From: Pseudomonadota bacterium
Lineage (GTDB): Bacteria > Desulfobacterota > Desulfobulbia > Desulfobulbales > SURF-16
Reading direction: 5' to 3'
Length of the DNA stretch: 49,114 bases
NCBI GenBank assembly: GCA_030597865.1
Contig: JAUVQZ010000001.1
Location: forward strand, 1 to 49,114
The notes under the pieces were generated by a model. That model was not told where the DNA came from and did no database searches. It saw nothing but the letters and a program-made list of their open reading frames with translations. The position numbers were made by a program, and so were the translations under genes. This document shows, in pieces, positions 46,818 through 49,114 of the stretch (positions are counted from its first letter, which is position 1; the number at the start of each line of letters is the position of its first letter).

Positions 46818-47950
46818 ATCTATATCTCCGTAAAAACGTAGTTATTTAAACTTGCAAGGCGGAGATCCGCCAGGGGTCAAGGGTGACGATAACGGGGTAT
46901 ACTTACTCGATATTGCCGTGTTTTTCATGGGATTATCGGCCCAATCAACAAAAAAGATGCCGATTAAGACAGGGGGGATGGTCCTCACCCCCACCCTGTA
47001 CATATTTTGACAATGTCGCATAATATATATTATGTAAAGTTGGATTAAACTTAGTAAGGTCAGTGTGTTACACGCTGTAAGGACGGACATGGGATTGGAC
47101 CTGGCCAAGGGCAGCCCACGAGATGCCTTTAGCCAGGTTGCCACCTTCACCCTCCCACCTGTACCACCGAAGAAAAATCAGGGTGGTAGCCCTCCGCTGA
47201 TTCAGGTGCTGTTTGAAATGACCAGCCGCCAAGGCCCTCTCTCTGCCCCTAAATACAGGACGTGGTTACCACAAGGGTCGCCATCTGCGATTGATCAATC
47301 TCCCCATAATCACCGTGGCCCAATTGCAGCGGTGCCGACCTCCCTTGCCCGAGGGCAGCAAAAAGCCATGGCTGTGGATGGTTCTGGGCCAGCCGCATTG
47401 TAAATTCACCCGGATGGCCACACTGGCCTGGCATTTCCGCCACCACCTGGCCCAAGAATAGTTCCCGGCCAGTTTCTGGCGGGCAGTGGTCAGAAGCTGA
47501 CAGCATGACTTTAATGCTATTAAAGCCGGGCTAATTTCTACAGAAACCAGTGTTTGGAGGTTGAAAATGGCTAAAAATGGGAATCTTACGTTTTTCCCAG
47601 GCGTAAAATGAGTTTTTTTGCCTTATTACTATTTTTCGCAGGGAGAGCTGATTGTCCCGGTTGTCAGTTTCTGGTGAGGCGGATTGCCAACACCGGTCTT
47701 TCGACTGTTCCCCTAACAGCTCTCCTTATTCATGTAACCAACTGTAATAACAATCTTTTTTTTATTGTTTTCCATTTTTTTTAATTTCGGCATGGCCATT
47801 GCTCTCTAAGGAGCCAATGTGGTGAAATGTCGCACTGGCAGCCCTGGCCACACCGACAACTGGTCTTCTACGTAAAAAAAAGACAGTGGCAGCCAGAGGT
47901 TGTAATGCCCCCAGCCTGTATATGTCACCCCCCTTGCCAAAGGAGCATCC

Positions 47951-49114
47951 ATGCGCCTTCCTTTTTTTTCACCCCATAGATCCGCTGCCAGTGACAGGAG
48001 AGGAGCAGCCACCCACCCACTCCCCCTCCTGAGGTTAGTGGGCAAAACCTCCCTCCTTATCCTTCTTCCCTCCCTGGTTGTTGCCCGCATGACCGGCCCG
48101 TGTGACAATTGTCACACCATGCATAATAGCCAGGATGGCGCTGCCATGGCCACTATCGCTGGTGAATCAGGCACAACACCAAACCTTTTCCTTACCAGGG
48201 GTAGCTGTATTGGTTGCCATGCCATGGGTACGGCCAAAAAAATAGAACTCATCGGCGACACCCCTGTGCCCCAGGTGCTCCATGTGGATGGCTCCGGTGA
48301 TCTTGCCGGCGGCAACTTCGCCTATCTCCTCGGCAATAAGGGCAGTGGCGCCTCTGATGCCAAGGGGCATAATATTGTCGATTTTATGAATGCAGACGAC
48401 CAGCTCTATGGTCCTCCGGGCGGAATCGTCCAGTCATTTCATAATACCGGTATGGTCGTTAATGACGAAAATTTAACCTGTGCCGGCACCAATGGGTGCC
48501 ATGGCAACCGCTATAAGAGCTACCCAACGATCAGCGGCGTTGCCACCCTGTCCGGGGCCCATCATAATAATGTTAAGGGTAAAATTGACGATGCCACCAC
48601 CCCGGCCAATAGTTATCGTTTTTTGACCGGCGTCAAGGGTTTTGAAAATCAAACGGACAGGTGGCAGAATGTCAGCCCGTCAAGCCATAATGAGTATTTT
48701 GGCCGATCCAGCCCGGCCCAGCTTGGCTGTTATAGTGGCACCAGCAGCTGTCATAGCAGTGCAGGAATAAGCCCTCCTGACAATACCATGAGTCAGTTCT
48801 GCGCCACCTGCCATGGTAATTTCCACACCCTGTCAACATCTAGCTCCGATGGCATAGGAAGCTCCTTCACCTCCCCCTTCATACGACATCCCACCGATGT
48901 GGCCCTGCCGTCTTCCGGCGAGTACGCCTCCTATACCACCTATAATATTGACGCCCCTGTGGCCCGTACCCTTGTCCCGGATTCGGCAAATTCTGCCGTT
49001 GTCCCAGGTTCTGATGTGGTCATGTGCCTCTCCTGTCACGCCGCCCATGCCACGGATTTCTCTGATATGCTCAGGTGGGACTACGATCTCATGAAGGCCA
49101 ATGACCCCTCCTCA
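47951..49114 (+). CDS. Multihaem c-type cytochrome, 5' part (runs off the right edge; not in the supplied ORF track)
   Basis: The frame is open from TAA at 47903-47905 to the window end. The ATG at 47951 is preceded by AAAGGAG (47939-47945); GTG at 48038 is an alternative start giving MGKTSLLILLPSLVVA. Haem motifs: CDNCH 48101-48115, CIGCH 48206-48220, CATCH 48800-48814, CLSCH 49025-49039. Extended spacings: CAGTNGCH 48479-48502 and CYSGTSSCH 48728-48754. Confidence 0.85.
   Translation, partial: MRLPFFSPHRSAASDRRGAATHPLPLLRLVGKTSLLILLPSLVVARMTGPCDNCHTMHNSQDGAAMATIAGESGTTPNLFLTRGSCIGCHAMGTAKKIELIGDTPVPQVLHVDGSGDLAGGNFAYLLGNKGSGASDAKGHNIVDFMNADDQLYGPPGGIVQSFHNTGMVVNDENLTCAGTNGCHGNRYKSYPTISGVATLSGAHHNNVKGKIDDATTPANSYRFLTGVKGFENQTDRWQNVSPSSHNEYFGRSSPAQLGCYSGTSSCHSSAGISPPDNTMSQFCATCHGNFHTLSTSSSDGIGSSFTSPFIRHPTDVALPSSGEYASYTTYNIDAPVARTLVPDSANSAVVPGSDVVMCLSCHAAHATDFSDMLRWDYDLMKANDPSS

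Noticed and set aside
46842-47506. ORFs 46842-47150 (-), 47065-47403 (+) and 47249-47506 (-) as genes
   Set aside because: They overlap one another, lack RBS and motifs, and have biased Pro/Gly/Ala/Ser composition. They are better explained as chance ORFs in a GC-rich non-coding block.
47490-47550. RNase P RNA-like strings (agaagctgac...; aaagccgggct; ctacagaaac)
   Set aside because: They show superficial similarity to the P1 and P4 strands of bacterial RNase P RNA. However, the near-invariant GAGGAAAGUCCGGGC and ACAGAAnnCGGCUUA cores are not present on either strand, and the downstream sequence is AT-rich and unstructured.
47806-48370. Minus-strand ORFs 47806-48108, 48112-48315 and 48167-48370 (also 48833-49048 and the + ORF 48897-49094)
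   Set aside because: They overlap the plus-strand cytochrome reading frame and its leader, and that frame carries multiple CXXCH motifs. The alternatives have no motifs.

Overview
Dense, mostly housekeeping chromosomal window with about 45 protein genes on both strands and roughly 50% GC by eye. The gene content (fused cobA-hemD, citramalate synthase next to aspartate kinase, a purB-small ORF-miaB arrangement, a multihaem cytochrome c) suggests a Desulfobulbales/Geobacter-like deltaproteobacterium; that taxonomic guess is inference only. Recognisable functions are tetrapyrrole and NAD synthesis (cobA-hemD, nadC), tRNA modification (tcdA, trmJ, trmL, miaB) and cell envelope (OmpA-like, AsmA-like, lpxB with a coupled oxidoreductase, M23 peptidase, glucosaminidase, polysaccharide deacetylase, periplasmic PPIase). 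Also present are a compact type IIA topoisomerase pair, amino-acid and purine synthesis (leuB, ask, cimA, purB), two Na+ symporters, a receiver-TPR regulator and comEA. I saw no rRNA, tRNA, CRISPR array, transposase/integrase or recognisable defence genes, so most of the window is ordinary core genome. Six things deserve a second look. (1) A 1.1-kb coding desert between purB and the right-edge gene, with a ~450-nt GC-rich ORF-free core and a structured, mini-ORF-bearing leader. (2) A multihaem cytochrome c that runs off the right edge, is missing from the ORF track, and mixes CXXCH with longer CXnCH spacings. (3) A translationally coupled PHP phosphoesterase / Zn-dehydrogenase / divergent TrpD-like trio at the distal end of the purB-miaB gene string. 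(4) A cluster of a repeated ~18-nt motif and strong hairpins in the 490-nt gap after lpxB. (5) An OmpA-like protein with a ~240-residue hyper-acidic tail. (6) An AT-richer orphan secreted protein. Several ORF-track starts are probably too far upstream, and I give revised starts.
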